A DNA stretch of 64,000 nucleotides, from contig CAVTHO010000006.1 in the NCBI GenBank assembly GCA_963734545.1, positions 192,001-256,000 on the forward strand, given 5' to 3'. The notes beneath the pieces were generated by a model that was not told where the DNA came from, searched no databases, and worked only from the letters and a program-made list of their open reading frames with translations. Every line of letters begins with the position of its first letter. The first letter of the stretch is position 1. The position numbers and the translations under genes are program-made. Positions 50,150-61,320 of the stretch are shown piece by piece. Origin of the DNA: an uncultured Spirochaetota bacterium (GTDB lineage: Bacteria; Spirochaetota; Spirochaetia; SZUA-6; Fen-1364).

Positions 50150-51112
50150 ATGTCCTCATTGAAAGGCCAGGCATTGCAGCCCGGCACGAGCCTCGTCAAC
50201 CAGTCCCGGCGGCACCTGAGCGACCGGGCCATCCAGAATCTCTTCATCTGGCCGACGCTGCTCCTGCTGATCGCCGTGAACCTTTTTCCGCTGCTGTACA
50301 GCCTCTACCTCGGATTCACGAACTATTCGGCCATCTCCGGCAAGCCGCCTGTCTGGGTTGCGCTCGGCAACTTCCGCACCATCCTGAACGATCCTGAGAC
50401 GTGGCACTACTTCGGCACCTCGGGCCGATACGCCCTCATGTCCGTCGGCCTTCAGACTTTCCTCGGCTTTGGCATGGCCATGCTCGTGCGGCGCAAGTTT
50501 TTCGGAAGCGGGCTGATCACGACCCTCATCCTCGTGCCCATGATGATTTCCCCCGTCGTGGTGGGGCTCTTCTGGAAACTGATCTACAACCCCACCTTCG
50601 GCTTCTTCAATTTCGTGATCGGCGCGGGCAACCCGGCCGCCGGCGTGGACATGCTGGCCAGCAAGTTCTACGGACAATCCGTGCCGGGGGTTGCGCTGTC
50701 CGCCGTGGTCATCGTGGACGTGTGGATGTGGAGCCCCTTCGTGATGCTCCTGGTGCTCTCCGGGCTCAACGCGATTCCCGAGTATCTCTACGAGGCCGCG
50801 GCCATCGACCGGGCCAGTCCCTGGTTCCAGTTCTGGCGGATTACGCTGCCCCAGGTGGCTCCCCTGCTCCTGATCGCCGTGCTCTTCCGGACCATCGAGG
50901 CATTCAAGTCCTTTGACCTCGTCATGGGTATGACGGGAGGCGGGCCGGGAGACCAGACAGAGCTGATTGCCATCAACCTTTACCGGCAGGCCTTCCTGGG
51001 AACATTCAAGACCGGCTACTCCAGCGCTCTGGCCTATATCATTCTCATCATCATCATCGCGGCCAGCAACATGTACATCAAATACCTCAACCAGATCAAA
51101 GGGGAGGCCTGA
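50150..51112 (+). CDS. Carbohydrate ABC permease
   Basis: YEAAAID EAA loop; hydrophobic segments. Confidence 0.92.
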   Translation: MSSLKGQALQPGTSLVNQSRRHLSDRAIQNLFIWPTLLLLIAVNLFPLLYSLYLGFTNYSAISGKPPVWVALGNFRTILNDPETWHYFGTSGRYALMSVGLQTFLGFGMAMLVRRKFFGSGLITTLILVPMMISPVVVGLFWKLIYNPTFGFFNFVIGAGNPAAGVDMLASKFYGQSVPGVALSAVVIVDVWMWSPFVMLLVLSGLNAIPEYLYEAAAIDRASPWFQFWRITLPQVAPLLLIAVLFRTIEAFKSFDLVMGMTGGGPGDQTELIAINLYRQAFLGTFKTGYSSALAYIILIIIIAASNMYIKYLNQIKGEA

Positions 51113-51115
51113 GCC

Positions 51116-52121
51116 ATGTCGAGATTCGAGGAACGCGGACCCCGGCTGCCCGTCACGCAGCCGGTGCGGGTCGACAAGGTCAGCCCCCAGGCCCGTACTG
51201 TGCGCCGCCTCGTGGCGCTCATCGCGCTCGTCGTTGCGGTGATCATGCTGCTGCCGGTCTTCATCATGGGTATTACCGCGTTCAAGACGCGCTCGGACGT
51301 GGTGACAAGCCCGCCGAAAGTCATTTTCAAGCCCACGCTCGAGGGATTCGTCTATCTCCTGACCGACCGCGCCATTGCAAACGCGGCGCGGCTCGACGAG
51401 CTGGACAAGGATGCAAAGGCAGGGAAGCTCAGCTTCGCCGGCCGTATTGCCCTGGAGGGCGGGCAGGAGATCACGGGTCCCAGCCCGTATGTGCGCAGGC
51501 TGCTCAACTCGGTGATCATCGCGGGGAGCTCCACGGTCTTCTCGGTGATCCTCGGGCTCCTGGCCGCATATGCCTTCAGCCGTTTCAAGGTCCCCGGCAA
51601 GGACGACCTGATGTTCTTCATCCTCAGCACGCGCATGCTGCCCGCGGTGGTCGTGACTATTCCCCTCTTCCTCATGTACCGGCAGCTCGGTCTTCACGAC
51701 AGTCACCTCGGCATGATCATACTGTACACGGTCTTCAATCTCTCATTCTCCGTCTGGCTTTTGAAGGGATTCATCGACGAGATACCGAAGGAGTACGAGG
51801 AGGCGGCGCTCGTGGACGGGTATACGCGCATGCAGGCGTTCTTCAAGATCGTGCTGCCGCAGGCGGTCACCGGCATCGCCGCCACCACCGTGTTCTGCCT
51901 GATCTTCGCGTGGAACGAGTACGCATTCTGCGCTCATGCTGACCAGTCAACGGGCGCGCACGGCTCCTCCCAGCATCGCGACAATTCTCGGGCGCGGGGG
52001 CATCGAGTGGACGGCCATTGCCGCGGGTTCCCTGGGGTTCCTGATCCCTGTCGTGATCGTCACCTTTGCCCTGCGCAAGTACCTCCTGCGCGGCATCACC
52101 TTCGGCGCGATTCGCGGGTAA
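51116..52121 (+). CDS. Carbohydrate ABC permease (frameshift near 51930)
   Basis: EEAALVDG, AWNEY, continuing in ORF 51936-52121. Confidence 0.9.
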
Positions 52122-52127
52122 CCATCC

Positions 52128-53222
52128 ATGGCAACCATAGAGCTTCAGAAGGTGGAGAAGAAGTTCGGCGATATGCACGCCGTCAAGCCGCTCGACCTGA
52201 CGATCAATGACGGCGAGTTCGTGGTCCTCCTGGGCCCCTCCGGGTGCGGGAAGACCACGACGCTGCGCATGATCTCGGGCCTGGAAGCCGTGACCGGGGG
52301 GAAGATCCTTCTCAACGGGAAGGACGTGACCTGGAAGCACCCCAGCGAGCGCGACATGGCTTTCGTGTTCCAGTTCTACGCCCTGTATTCCCACCTCTCC
52401 GTCCGGCAGAACATCGCTTTCCCGCTTCAGGCCCAGGGCCAGAAGAAGGACGTCGTCGACAAGCGGCTGAAGGAGGTCGTCGACATCCTCCGCATCGGGC
52501 ACCTCCTGCGCTCCCGGCCCGGCAAGCTGAGCGGCGGCGACCAGCAGCGGGTGGCGCTCGCGCGAGCCCTTGTCCGGCACCCGTCGGCGTTCCTGATGGA
52601 CGAGCCGTTGGGCGCGCTGGACGCGGAGATGCGCGAGTCCATGCGCGCCGAGATCAAGAACCTCCACATCGCTCAGCATGCCACGACGGTGTACGTCACG
52701 CACGACCAGGTCGAGGCCATGGCAATGGGAGACCGGGTCGTCGTGATGTCCGCCGCCGAGGTGCAGCAGGTAGGGACGCCCGTGGACGTCTACTACAATC
52801 CCGCCAATCTGTTCGTGGCGAGATTCATCGGCAGCCCCGGCATGAACCTCGTCAAGGGCACCTACTCCGAACACGCCGTGCACATGGCCGGGTGCGACAC
52901 GTACCCGGTGCCGGCAGCATGGCACGGACCGCTCGCACAGGCGCTGGGCGGGCAGGAAGAGGTGATCATCGGATTCCGGCCGGAAGCGGCGCGCGTGACC
53001 CCGGAGGGAAAGCTGGCCGGCGAGGTGTACGCCACTGAAATGCACGGCGGGTACACGGTGCTGCACGTGAACATCTGCGAAGGGGAGATAGTCCACATAC
53101 GGAGCAACCGGCAGACGAGCTATCCCATCGGCACGCTGGTCAAGATCGACATCGATCCGGAGATGGTGCGCTTCTTCAATCCGCGGACGGAAGCGGCGGT
53201 GCGCCGAGAGGGGGCGAAATGA
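52128..53222 (+). CDS. MalK-type ABC ATPase
   Basis: GPSGCGKTT, LSGG, MDEP, VTHDQ. Confidence 0.93.
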   Translation: MATIELQKVEKKFGDMHAVKPLDLTINDGEFVVLLGPSGCGKTTTLRMISGLEAVTGGKILLNGKDVTWKHPSERDMAFVFQFYALYSHLSVRQNIAFPLQAQGQKKDVVDKRLKEVVDILRIGHLLRSRPGKLSGGDQQRVALARALVRHPSAFLMDEPLGALDAEMRESMRAEIKNLHIAQHATTVYVTHDQVEAMAMGDRVVVMSAAEVQQVGTPVDVYYNPANLFVARFIGSPGMNLVKGTYSEHAVHMAGCDTYPVPAAWHGPLAQALGGQEEVIIGFRPEAARVTPEGKLAGEVYATEMHGGYTVLHVNICEGEIVHIRSNRQTSYPIGTLVKIDIDPEMVRFFNPRTEAAVRREGAK

Positions 53223-54277
53223 GCCGCGTGGAATTGCAGCACATCACGAAACGGTTCCCGAGGGTGACCGCGCTCAGCGACGTCTCCTTCAGCTTCGAGC
53301 ACGGAGAGTTCTTTGTCCTGCTCGGCCCGACCGGCGCGGGAAAGACGACGACCCTGCGCGTCATCGCGGGCCTGGAACGCCAGGATGAAGGTTCCATCCT
53401 CCTCGACGGCCAGCCCATCGATACCCGCACACCGGCCGAACGCGACGTGGCGTTCGTGTTCCAGCAGTACTCCCTGTACCCCACGATGAGCGTGTTCGAC
53501 AACCTGGCTTTTCCGCTGCGCTCGCCGATGCGCAATGTTCCTGAAGCCGAGATCAAGATCAAGGTGGAGGAGACGGCGGAGAAGCTCCGCATCACGCGCC
53601 TGCTCAATCGCAAGACGGCGCAGCTCTCCGGCGGCGAGATGCAGCGCGTTGCCATCGGCCGCGCCATCGTGCGCGAACCCCGCCTCTTTCTCATGGACGA
53701 GCCGCTGTCCAACCTCGACGCGAAGCTGCGGGAAGCGCTGCGCGTGGAGCTGAAGCATCTGCAGAAGACCCAGGGAAGCACGACGCTGTTCGTCACCCAC
53801 GACCAGATCGAGGCCCTGACCATGGCGGACCGTATCGGCGTTCTCAGCGAAGGCAGGATCGTGCAACAGGGCACGCCGGACGATATCTACGACCGGCCCG
53901 CCACCACATTCGTCGCGCAGATGGTCGGGACGCCCAAGATCAACCTCATGAGCGCCGCGCGGCGCGACGGCACCGTCCATGTGCCCGACGCCGGGCTCTC
54001 CCTGCCCGCGCCGCGCCGCGCCCTGCCGGATTCCTTCCTTCTGGGGATTCGACCTGAGGATATCCGGCCGGATCCCAGGGGCAGGTTCGGCGGCGCAGTG
54101 ACCCTGACCGAGCCTCTCGGCGTCGAAACGATTCTCCACGTCCGGACAGGGGAGCTGAATCTGCTCTGTCTCGTTCCGGGCATGGCCTCCCAGCGGACCG
54201 GGGAAGAGATCAGGTTCGACATCGTGCAGGAAAAGCTGCACTACTTCGGGAATGACCGGAAAAGGATTTCCGGGTAA
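53219..54277 (+). CDS. Second MalK-type ABC ATPase
   Basis: GPTGAGKTT, LSGGE, MDEP, VTHDQ. Confidence 0.93.
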   Translation: MSRVELQHITKRFPRVTALSDVSFSFEHGEFFVLLGPTGAGKTTTLRVIAGLERQDEGSILLDGQPIDTRTPAERDVAFVFQQYSLYPTMSVFDNLAFPLRSPMRNVPEAEIKIKVEETAEKLRITRLLNRKTAQLSGGEMQRVAIGRAIVREPRLFLMDEPLSNLDAKLREALRVELKHLQKTQGSTTLFVTHDQIEALTMADRIGVLSEGRIVQQGTPDDIYDRPATTFVAQMVGTPKINLMSAARRDGTVHVPDAGLSLPAPRRALPDSFLLGIRPEDIRPDPRGRFGGAVTLTEPLGVETILHVRTGELNLLCLVPGMASQRTGEEIRFDIVQEKLHYFGNDRKRISG

Positions 54278-54294
54278 GAGGTCCAGGAGCGAAT

Positions 54295-54735
54295 ATGACG
54301 AGAATACGATCCCTTATCCCCCTGAAGATGCTGATCGCGGCCGTGGTGCTGCTGGGCCTGAGCTTCGCGGCGCGCCCCCTGATCGTCGCCCTGGCCTCGC
54401 CGGAACAGGCGAACAATAATGTCCTCCTGATCGCGATTCCCTTCCTCCTCGTCTTTGTCCCGATCATCCTTGCCTACATGTCCCTCATCGTGTTCATCGG
54501 CAAGCTCATCGGCGGGAGGGTCCCCGAGACGGTCCATCGCGTCATCGAGTATGTTTTCATTGCGGGCATCTTTCTGGGCATCATCGGCATGTTCCAGCCG
54601 TGGGTGTTCGCGCTCTTCAAGATCAGCTTCATTCTCCTCCTGTTCAGCACGCTGGGTTTCATTCTCTGGAGCCACGTGATGGCAAGGAGGACGACACGCG
54701 AAAGCGCCAATAGCGGAGAGGCCCAACTCCGATGA
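54295..54735 (+). CDS. Hypothetical 4-TM membrane protein
   Basis: Four hydrophobic segments; AGGAG RBS; inside the operon. Confidence 0.7.
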   Translation: MTRIRSLIPLKMLIAAVVLLGLSFAARPLIVALASPEQANNNVLLIAIPFLLVFVPIILAYMSLIVFIGKLIGGRVPETVHRVIEYVFIAGIFLGIIGMFQPWVFALFKISFILLLFSTLGFILWSHVMARRTTRESANSGEAQLR

Positions 54736-55942
54736 GCACCCGTTCGATTGTGGAAAAGGCGCTGGCAGACGGGGGGGGAGTGCTCCGCCTGGAGCCGGCA
54801 TGGGTTGCGCGGGACTTCCTGCCCCCGGGGCGCCGGCTCGGTCTCAAAGAGAGCGAATACAACGTGGGCGAGCGCGGGTGGATCTGCGAGCGCTGGCTGG
54901 GCTCCACGACAAAGGCGGACAACAGGATCAGTCCCCCGGACGAGGGATTGAGCTATCTCGCCCTGGAAAACGCGCGGGTGACGCTGCGGGATGCGGTGGA
55001 GGCTGCCGGTGACCTTGTCATGGGCGGCGAGTACGCGAAAACCCACAAGGGGCTGGGACGGCTGGCCAAGATCTTCGATTTTGAAGCGCGTATTCCCTAT
55101 CACCTCCATCAGCGTCAGAAGGATTTGGAGAAGCTGGGCCGCACCGCCAAGGAGGAAGCCTACTACTTTCCGGACGGCGTCGACATGGGACCCCACCCGG
55201 AGACCTTCTTCGGCGTGCATCCTTCGATCGTGGAGCGCAAACAGTTCGACGTGCTCCTGCCCTACCTGGTGGAGTGGAAAGACGACCTGATCCTCCGCTA
55301 TGCGCGGGCGTACCTGCAGTGCCCTGACGAGGGGTTCCACCTGCCCTCGGGAGGCCTTCACGCGCCGGGCACCGCGCTCACCATCGAGCTGCAGGAGGAC
55401 TCGGATGTATTCGCAATGCTCCAGGCGCTGAACGCCGGGAAGATCATCTCCAAGGACCTGCTGTTCAAGGACGTGCACCCGGATGACCGCAAGCGGATCG
55501 GGGAGCGGGCCGTGCTCAACCAGGTCGACTGGGAGCTGAGCGGCGACCCCTTCTTCTACGAGAACCACCATACCTCGCCCCAGCCTGTCCCGGGCGCGAA
55601 ACAGCCGGGCGCAGAGGAGTACTGGATCTATTACAACACGCGCAAGTTCAGCGGAAAGAAGCTCGTGGTGAAGCCGGGCGCGAAGTTCACGAGCAGGGAC
55701 AACGGCGTCTACAACATCCTGGTGTGGCGCGGGGCCGGGCGCTTCGACGGCCACGACATTGCGGCGGGAGATTTCAAGCGAGGACGAGCTGCTCGTGTCC
55801 CACGCGCGGGCTAGCCGTGCCGTGCACGGTCGAAAACACGGGCCGCGAAGACCTGGTGATCATCAAGTTCTTCGGGCCTGACGTCAATCGCGATGTGCCG
55901 ATGATTCCCCGGTATGGAAACTGGCCGGGGCCGGGCAAATAA
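54732..55942 (+). CDS. Hypothetical cupin / phosphomannose-isomerase-like protein (frameshifts near 55780-55810)
   Basis: ERW, PYHLHQ, KEEAYYF, LHAPG...ELQEDSD resemble type I PMI Zn ligands; C-terminus in ORF 55811-55942 region. Confidence 0.6.
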
Positions 55943-55964
55943 AGCTTTCCTGGAGGAGGCGATC

Positions 55965-56858
55965 ATGGGTAAGAAGAAGATTTCCGTTGGCACCTGGGCA
56001 TACATCTGGGGCGGCTACGCGGACAAGCCCATCCCGTTCCCTGCGGTGGTGAAGAAGCTCAAGGAGCTGAAGTTCGACGGCATCGAGTTCGGCGCCTTTG
56101 CACCGCACCTGGAGCCGAACACCAGGGAGAAAAGGGCCGAGATCAAGAAGATGCTGGATGACGCCGGTCTCGGTATCTCGGGCGTTGCCGCTCCCTTCCC
56201 CTCCCCGGCAACATCGGGAAAGCAGAAATATCTGGATGCGGTGAAGGGCCACATCGACATGTGCCTCGAGATGGGCATTCCCAAGCTCCGGGTCGACGCG
56301 GTGGATCCGCCGACGGCCGTGCCGGGAGGCATGGATTACGAGGCGTGCTTTTCCACGGTCGCGGGGATCTGGCGTGAATCCGCCGAGCTCTGCGCGCGGA
56401 GCAAGATAAAGCTCGTCTGGGAGTTCGAGCCGGGCTTCATCTTCAACAAGCCGAGCGAGGTGGTGCGGATGGTGTACAAGGTCGACCACCCGAACTTCAC
56501 CGTCATGTTCGACTCCTGCCATGGCCACATGTGCGCCGTGGTGGGCGCGCGGCAGATGGGCAGGAAAGAGACGCTGCCGGGCGGCGTGGTCCAGTTCATC
56601 CACATGCTCACCGGAAAGATCGGGGCCGTGCATTTCATCGACTCGGACGGCACGCTGCACGACAACGAGACCAGCACCCACGCGCCGTTCGGCAAGGGAG
56701 TCCTCGACTTCGATGCCATTACCAAGGCTTTCCTCGATGCAGGCTACAACGACGAATGGTGGCCGATCGACCTTTGCTTCTGGTCCAACGCCCTCGAGGA
56801 AACCGCTCCGACCAAGGCATTCATGGACAAGCTGGTCAAGAAGTACGGCCAGACATAG
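55965..56858 (+). CDS. Sugar phosphate isomerase/epimerase (TIM barrel)
   Basis: FDGIE, WEFEPG, FDSCH, VHFIDSD; GGAGG RBS. Confidence 0.85.
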   Translation: MGKKKISVGTWAYIWGGYADKPIPFPAVVKKLKELKFDGIEFGAFAPHLEPNTREKRAEIKKMLDDAGLGISGVAAPFPSPATSGKQKYLDAVKGHIDMCLEMGIPKLRVDAVDPPTAVPGGMDYEACFSTVAGIWRESAELCARSKIKLVWEFEPGFIFNKPSEVVRMVYKVDHPNFTVMFDSCHGHMCAVVGARQMGRKETLPGGVVQFIHMLTGKIGAVHFIDSDGTLHDNETSTHAPFGKGVLDFDAITKAFLDAGYNDEWWPIDLCFWSNALEETAPTKAFMDKLVKKYGQT

Positions 56859-56864
56859 AAACTG

Positions 56865-56934
56865 AAATGCACGGAGTACCGTGCCGCTCGAATGCACGGA
56901 GTACCGTGCCGCCCGAATGCACGGAGTACCGTGC
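56865..56934 (+). repeat. 3 x 25-bp tandem of empty RAAT hairpins
   Basis: (RAAT GCACGG AGTA CCGTGC CGCYC)x3. Confidence 0.9.
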
Positions 56935-57001
56935 CGTGCTGATCAGGGCCTGGCCGTCCGGGAAGGACGACCAGGCAAATTCATCAAAAGGAGGCGCGTC
57001 C

Positions 57002-58078
57002 ATGGCTGAAAAGATGAAAGCCCAGGTATTCTACGAAAAGGAGAAAATGGATCTGGAGGAAAGACCAGTCCCGCACGTGTCCGACATCGACGTGCTCGTG
57101 CGCGTCAAGAACTGCGGGGTGTGCGGATCAGATACTGCTTACTTTTTCGGAAACAGCCCGTTGGGCACTCCGAGTGGGAAGGGCCCCCTCGTGCTGGGCC
57201 ACGAGTTCACCGGAGAGGTCGTCGAGGTCGGGGCCGTGCCGAAGAGCATGAAGCTGTTCAAGCCAGGGGACCGCGTCGTGCTGAATCCGGTGCAGCACTG
57301 CAACGCCTGTTATGCCTGCGCATCGGGCCACACGAACCTGTGTACGAACCTCCTGGTCCTCGGCGTGGACCACGACGGTGGTCTGGCCGAGTACTGCGTC
57401 TCACGGTACACGGGCATGTTCAAGCTGCCGGACAATGTCAGCTACGCCTCCGGTGCAGTGACAGAACCCTTCGCCTGCGCCGTGTACGGCGTCAAGAAGC
57501 TCGCCGTCGAGCCCGGGCAATTCGTCGCCATCTTCGGGCCCGGCACCGTGGGGCTGATGATGCTGCAGATGTGCAAGTCCGTGGGGGCGGGCAAGGTCGC
57601 GCTCATCGGAACGCGCGACTACCTCCTGGAGACCGGCAAGAAATGGGGGGCGGACTACCTCTTCAACACCAAGGACACAAAGTCGAAGTACTACGTCAAA
57701 GACCTCAAGAAGGCCATCGCCGACGTCAACCACGGCATGCTCGCCGACAGGGCCATCACCCCGACGAGCTCCAATGATGCTTTCGAGCAGGCCATCGACA
57801 TCACGGGAAACGCCGCGATCCTCGTCCATTTCGGACTGCCGAGCGCCTCCGACGTGATCAAGGTGCCGGTGCTTTCCACGCATACGATGGACAAGGAAAT
57901 ACGGTTCTCCTGGCTGGCGCCGATGGTATGGCCTACCGCGATCCGAGCGATATCCGAAGGTCTGGTCACGCTCGACTCCTTCGTAACGAAAACCTACCCC
58001 CTGGCCAAGGCAGGCACCGCCCTGCGTGACCTCAAGGCCCGGGAAGGCGACCCGGTGAAAGTACAGGTAACTCCATGA
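57002..58078 (+). CDS. Zinc-dependent polyol dehydrogenase (MDR)
   Basis: GVCGSD, GHE, CNACYAC, GPGTVG; AGGAGG RBS. Confidence 0.9.
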   Translation: MAEKMKAQVFYEKEKMDLEERPVPHVSDIDVLVRVKNCGVCGSDTAYFFGNSPLGTPSGKGPLVLGHEFTGEVVEVGAVPKSMKLFKPGDRVVLNPVQHCNACYACASGHTNLCTNLLVLGVDHDGGLAEYCVSRYTGMFKLPDNVSYASGAVTEPFACAVYGVKKLAVEPGQFVAIFGPGTVGLMMLQMCKSVGAGKVALIGTRDYLLETGKKWGADYLFNTKDTKSKYYVKDLKKAIADVNHGMLADRAITPTSSNDAFEQAIDITGNAAILVHFGLPSASDVIKVPVLSTHTMDKEIRFSWLAPMVWPTAIRAISEGLVTLDSFVTKTYPLAKAGTALRDLKAREGDPVKVQVTP

Positions 58079-58923
58079 TCACATACGGCATCAACACGTT
58101 CCTGTGGGCATCGCCCTTCAAGACCCAGCACCTTTCCTTCCTGGACAAGGCGAAATCGCTTGGCTTCGACCTGATGGAAATCCCCATCGAGGCGGAAGGG
58201 GACATCGACTACGCCAAAGCGGCGGAAGCGTACAAGAGATCCGGCCTGAAGTGCTCCCTCTGCGCCGTCATGGGCGCAGGCCGTGACCCCTCGCACGAGG
58301 ACGAGGCAATCCAGAAAGGCGGCATTGCATACCTGAAGCACTGCATCGACGCGGCTGTCACCCTCAACGCAACTGCCCTCGTGGGGCCGCTGTACGCGGC
58401 CGTGGGCCGCACCTGGCAGGCCACCCCGGACCAGCGCAAGCGCGACCTGGACCGCTGCGCGCGGAACCTGCAGATCGTGGCGCGCTACGCTGAGGACAAG
58501 GGAGTCACCCTCGCGATCGAGCCGCTGAACAGGTTCGAGACGAGCTTCATCAATCTCACCGAGCAGGCGCTGGAGCTGATCAAGATGATCGGCAGTCCCC
58601 GGGTCAAGCTCATGATGGACACCTTCCACGCGAACATCGAGGAGAAGAGCCTCGGCAAGGCCCTCGAGGCCGCGGGCGCGCTCACCGTGCACATGCACGC
58701 CAATGAAAACGACAGGGGCACCCCCGGCACCGGGCACGTGGCGTGGAAGGAGGTGGCGGCGGCCCTGAAGAAGGTGAAGTTCGACGGCTCGCTGGTCATC
58801 GAATCCTTCTCCACCGAGGTGAAGGAGATCGCGCGCGCCGCGGCGGTCTGGCGTCCCCTGGCGCCCACCGCGGACGGGCTTGCCAGGGACGGGTTGGCAT
58901 TCCTGAAGAAGCTGATGAAATAG
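58075..58923 (+). CDS. D-psicose/D-tagatose 3-epimerase family protein
   Basis: IEPLNRFE, DTFHANIEE, H.NENDRG.PG, IESF. Confidence 0.88.
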   Translation: MITYGINTFLWASPFKTQHLSFLDKAKSLGFDLMEIPIEAEGDIDYAKAAEAYKRSGLKCSLCAVMGAGRDPSHEDEAIQKGGIAYLKHCIDAAVTLNATALVGPLYAAVGRTWQATPDQRKRDLDRCARNLQIVARYAEDKGVTLAIEPLNRFETSFINLTEQALELIKMIGSPRVKLMMDTFHANIEEKSLGKALEAAGALTVHMHANENDRGTPGTGHVAWKEVAAALKKVKFDGSLVIESFSTEVKEIARAAAVWRPLAPTADGLARDGLAFLKKLMK

Positions 58924-59020
58924 GGGCGGCCTGAAGGGCCGCCAAGACGGGGCTGGCCTTCGGCCAGCAAGAGGGGGGGCGGCCCCGCGGCCGCCAATAG
59001 GGATCGGCCCCGGGCCGCAA
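58923..59020. repeat. Four tandem degenerate GGCC hairpins
   Basis: GGCGGCC-TGAAG-GGCCGCC, GCTGGCC-TTC-GGCCAGC, GGCGGCC-CCGC-GGCCGCC, CGGCC-CCG-GGCCG, each followed by AA(G/T/A)A. Confidence 0.7.
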
Positions 59021-59034
59021 AAAAGGAGAGAATC

Positions 59035-60035
59035 ATGCCGAGACCGGTAACGCTATTCACGGGCCAGTGGGCGGATCTGCCCCTGGAGACGCTGGCAAAA
59101 AAGGCCAGCGCATGGGGATTCGACGGGCTGGAGCTCGCCTGCTGGGGCGATCATTTCGACGCCACCACGGCACTGGAAAAGGATTCGTACGTGAAGGAGA
59201 AGCGGGCGCTGCTGGAAAAGAACCACCTGAAGTGCTTTGCCATCAGCACGCACCTGATCGGGCAGTGCGTGTGCCGATCCTATCGACGACACGGCACAAG
59301 CGCATCCTGTCGGCGCGGCTCTGGGGAGACGGCAAGCCGGAGGGCGTGCGCCAGCGCTGCGCGGAGGAAGTGAAGCACACCGCAAAGGCGGCAAAGCTCC
59401 TCGGCGTCGACGTGGTGAACGGATTCACCGGCAGCCCCGTGTGGGCAAAGCTGTACTTCTTTCCCCCGACGAACCAGGAGGACATCGACGCGGGCTACAA
59501 GGATTTCGCGGCGCGCTGGATCCCGATCCTGGATGCGTTCAAGAAGGAAGGAGTGAGGTTCGCCCTCGAAGTGCACCCCACGGAAATCGCGTACGACATC
59601 GTCACGGCGCGGCGCACCCTGGACGCGCTCAAGAACCACCCCTCATTCGGCTTCAACTTCGACCCGAGCCACTTCATCCACCAGTTCATCAACCCGGTGG
59701 CTTTCATCGAAGAGTTCCCGAAGCACATCTTCCACTGCCACGTGAAGGATTCCCGTCTGCAGCTCAACGGCCGCAACAGCATCCTTGGCTCCCACCTGGA
59801 CTTCGGCGACTCGCGGCGCGGCTGGGACTTCGTGTCCCCGGGCCGCGGCGACGTGAAGTGGGACCCGATTGTGCGGGCATTCAACCGCATCGGCTACAAG
59901 GGACCGCTCTCCATCGAGTGGGAAGACAGCGGCATGGACCGGGAATGGGGCGCGCCCGAAGCGCTGGCGATGATCCGCAAGCAGGACTTCGCGGCTTCCT
60001 CCGTGGCCTTCGATGCCGCCTTCGCGGCGAAGTGA
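59035..60035 (+). CDS. Sugar phosphate isomerase/epimerase TIM barrel (frameshift near 59275)
   Basis: [32 protein letters not shown]. Confidence 0.87.
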
Positions 60036-60042
60036 GGACCGC

Positions 60043-61242
<1,200 letters not shown>

Positions 61243-61302
61243 CAGGGCGGGCTGCCGCGGCGGCGCCGGCATGGTTCCGCCGCCGCCCGCGGCCCGTCCC
61301 TG
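61243..61302 (+). terminator. Long imperfect GC hairpin
   Basis: CAGGGCGGGC...GCCCGTCCCTG enclosing GCGGCGGCG/CGCCGCCGC. Confidence 0.5.
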
Positions 61303-61320
61303 CAGCGGCTGCCTTGCACA

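Noticed and set aside
56865-56934. Possible mini-CRISPR (also 47438-47539 and 62236-62325)
   Set aside because: No unique spacers of CRISPR length and no cas genes; these are direct tandem repeats.
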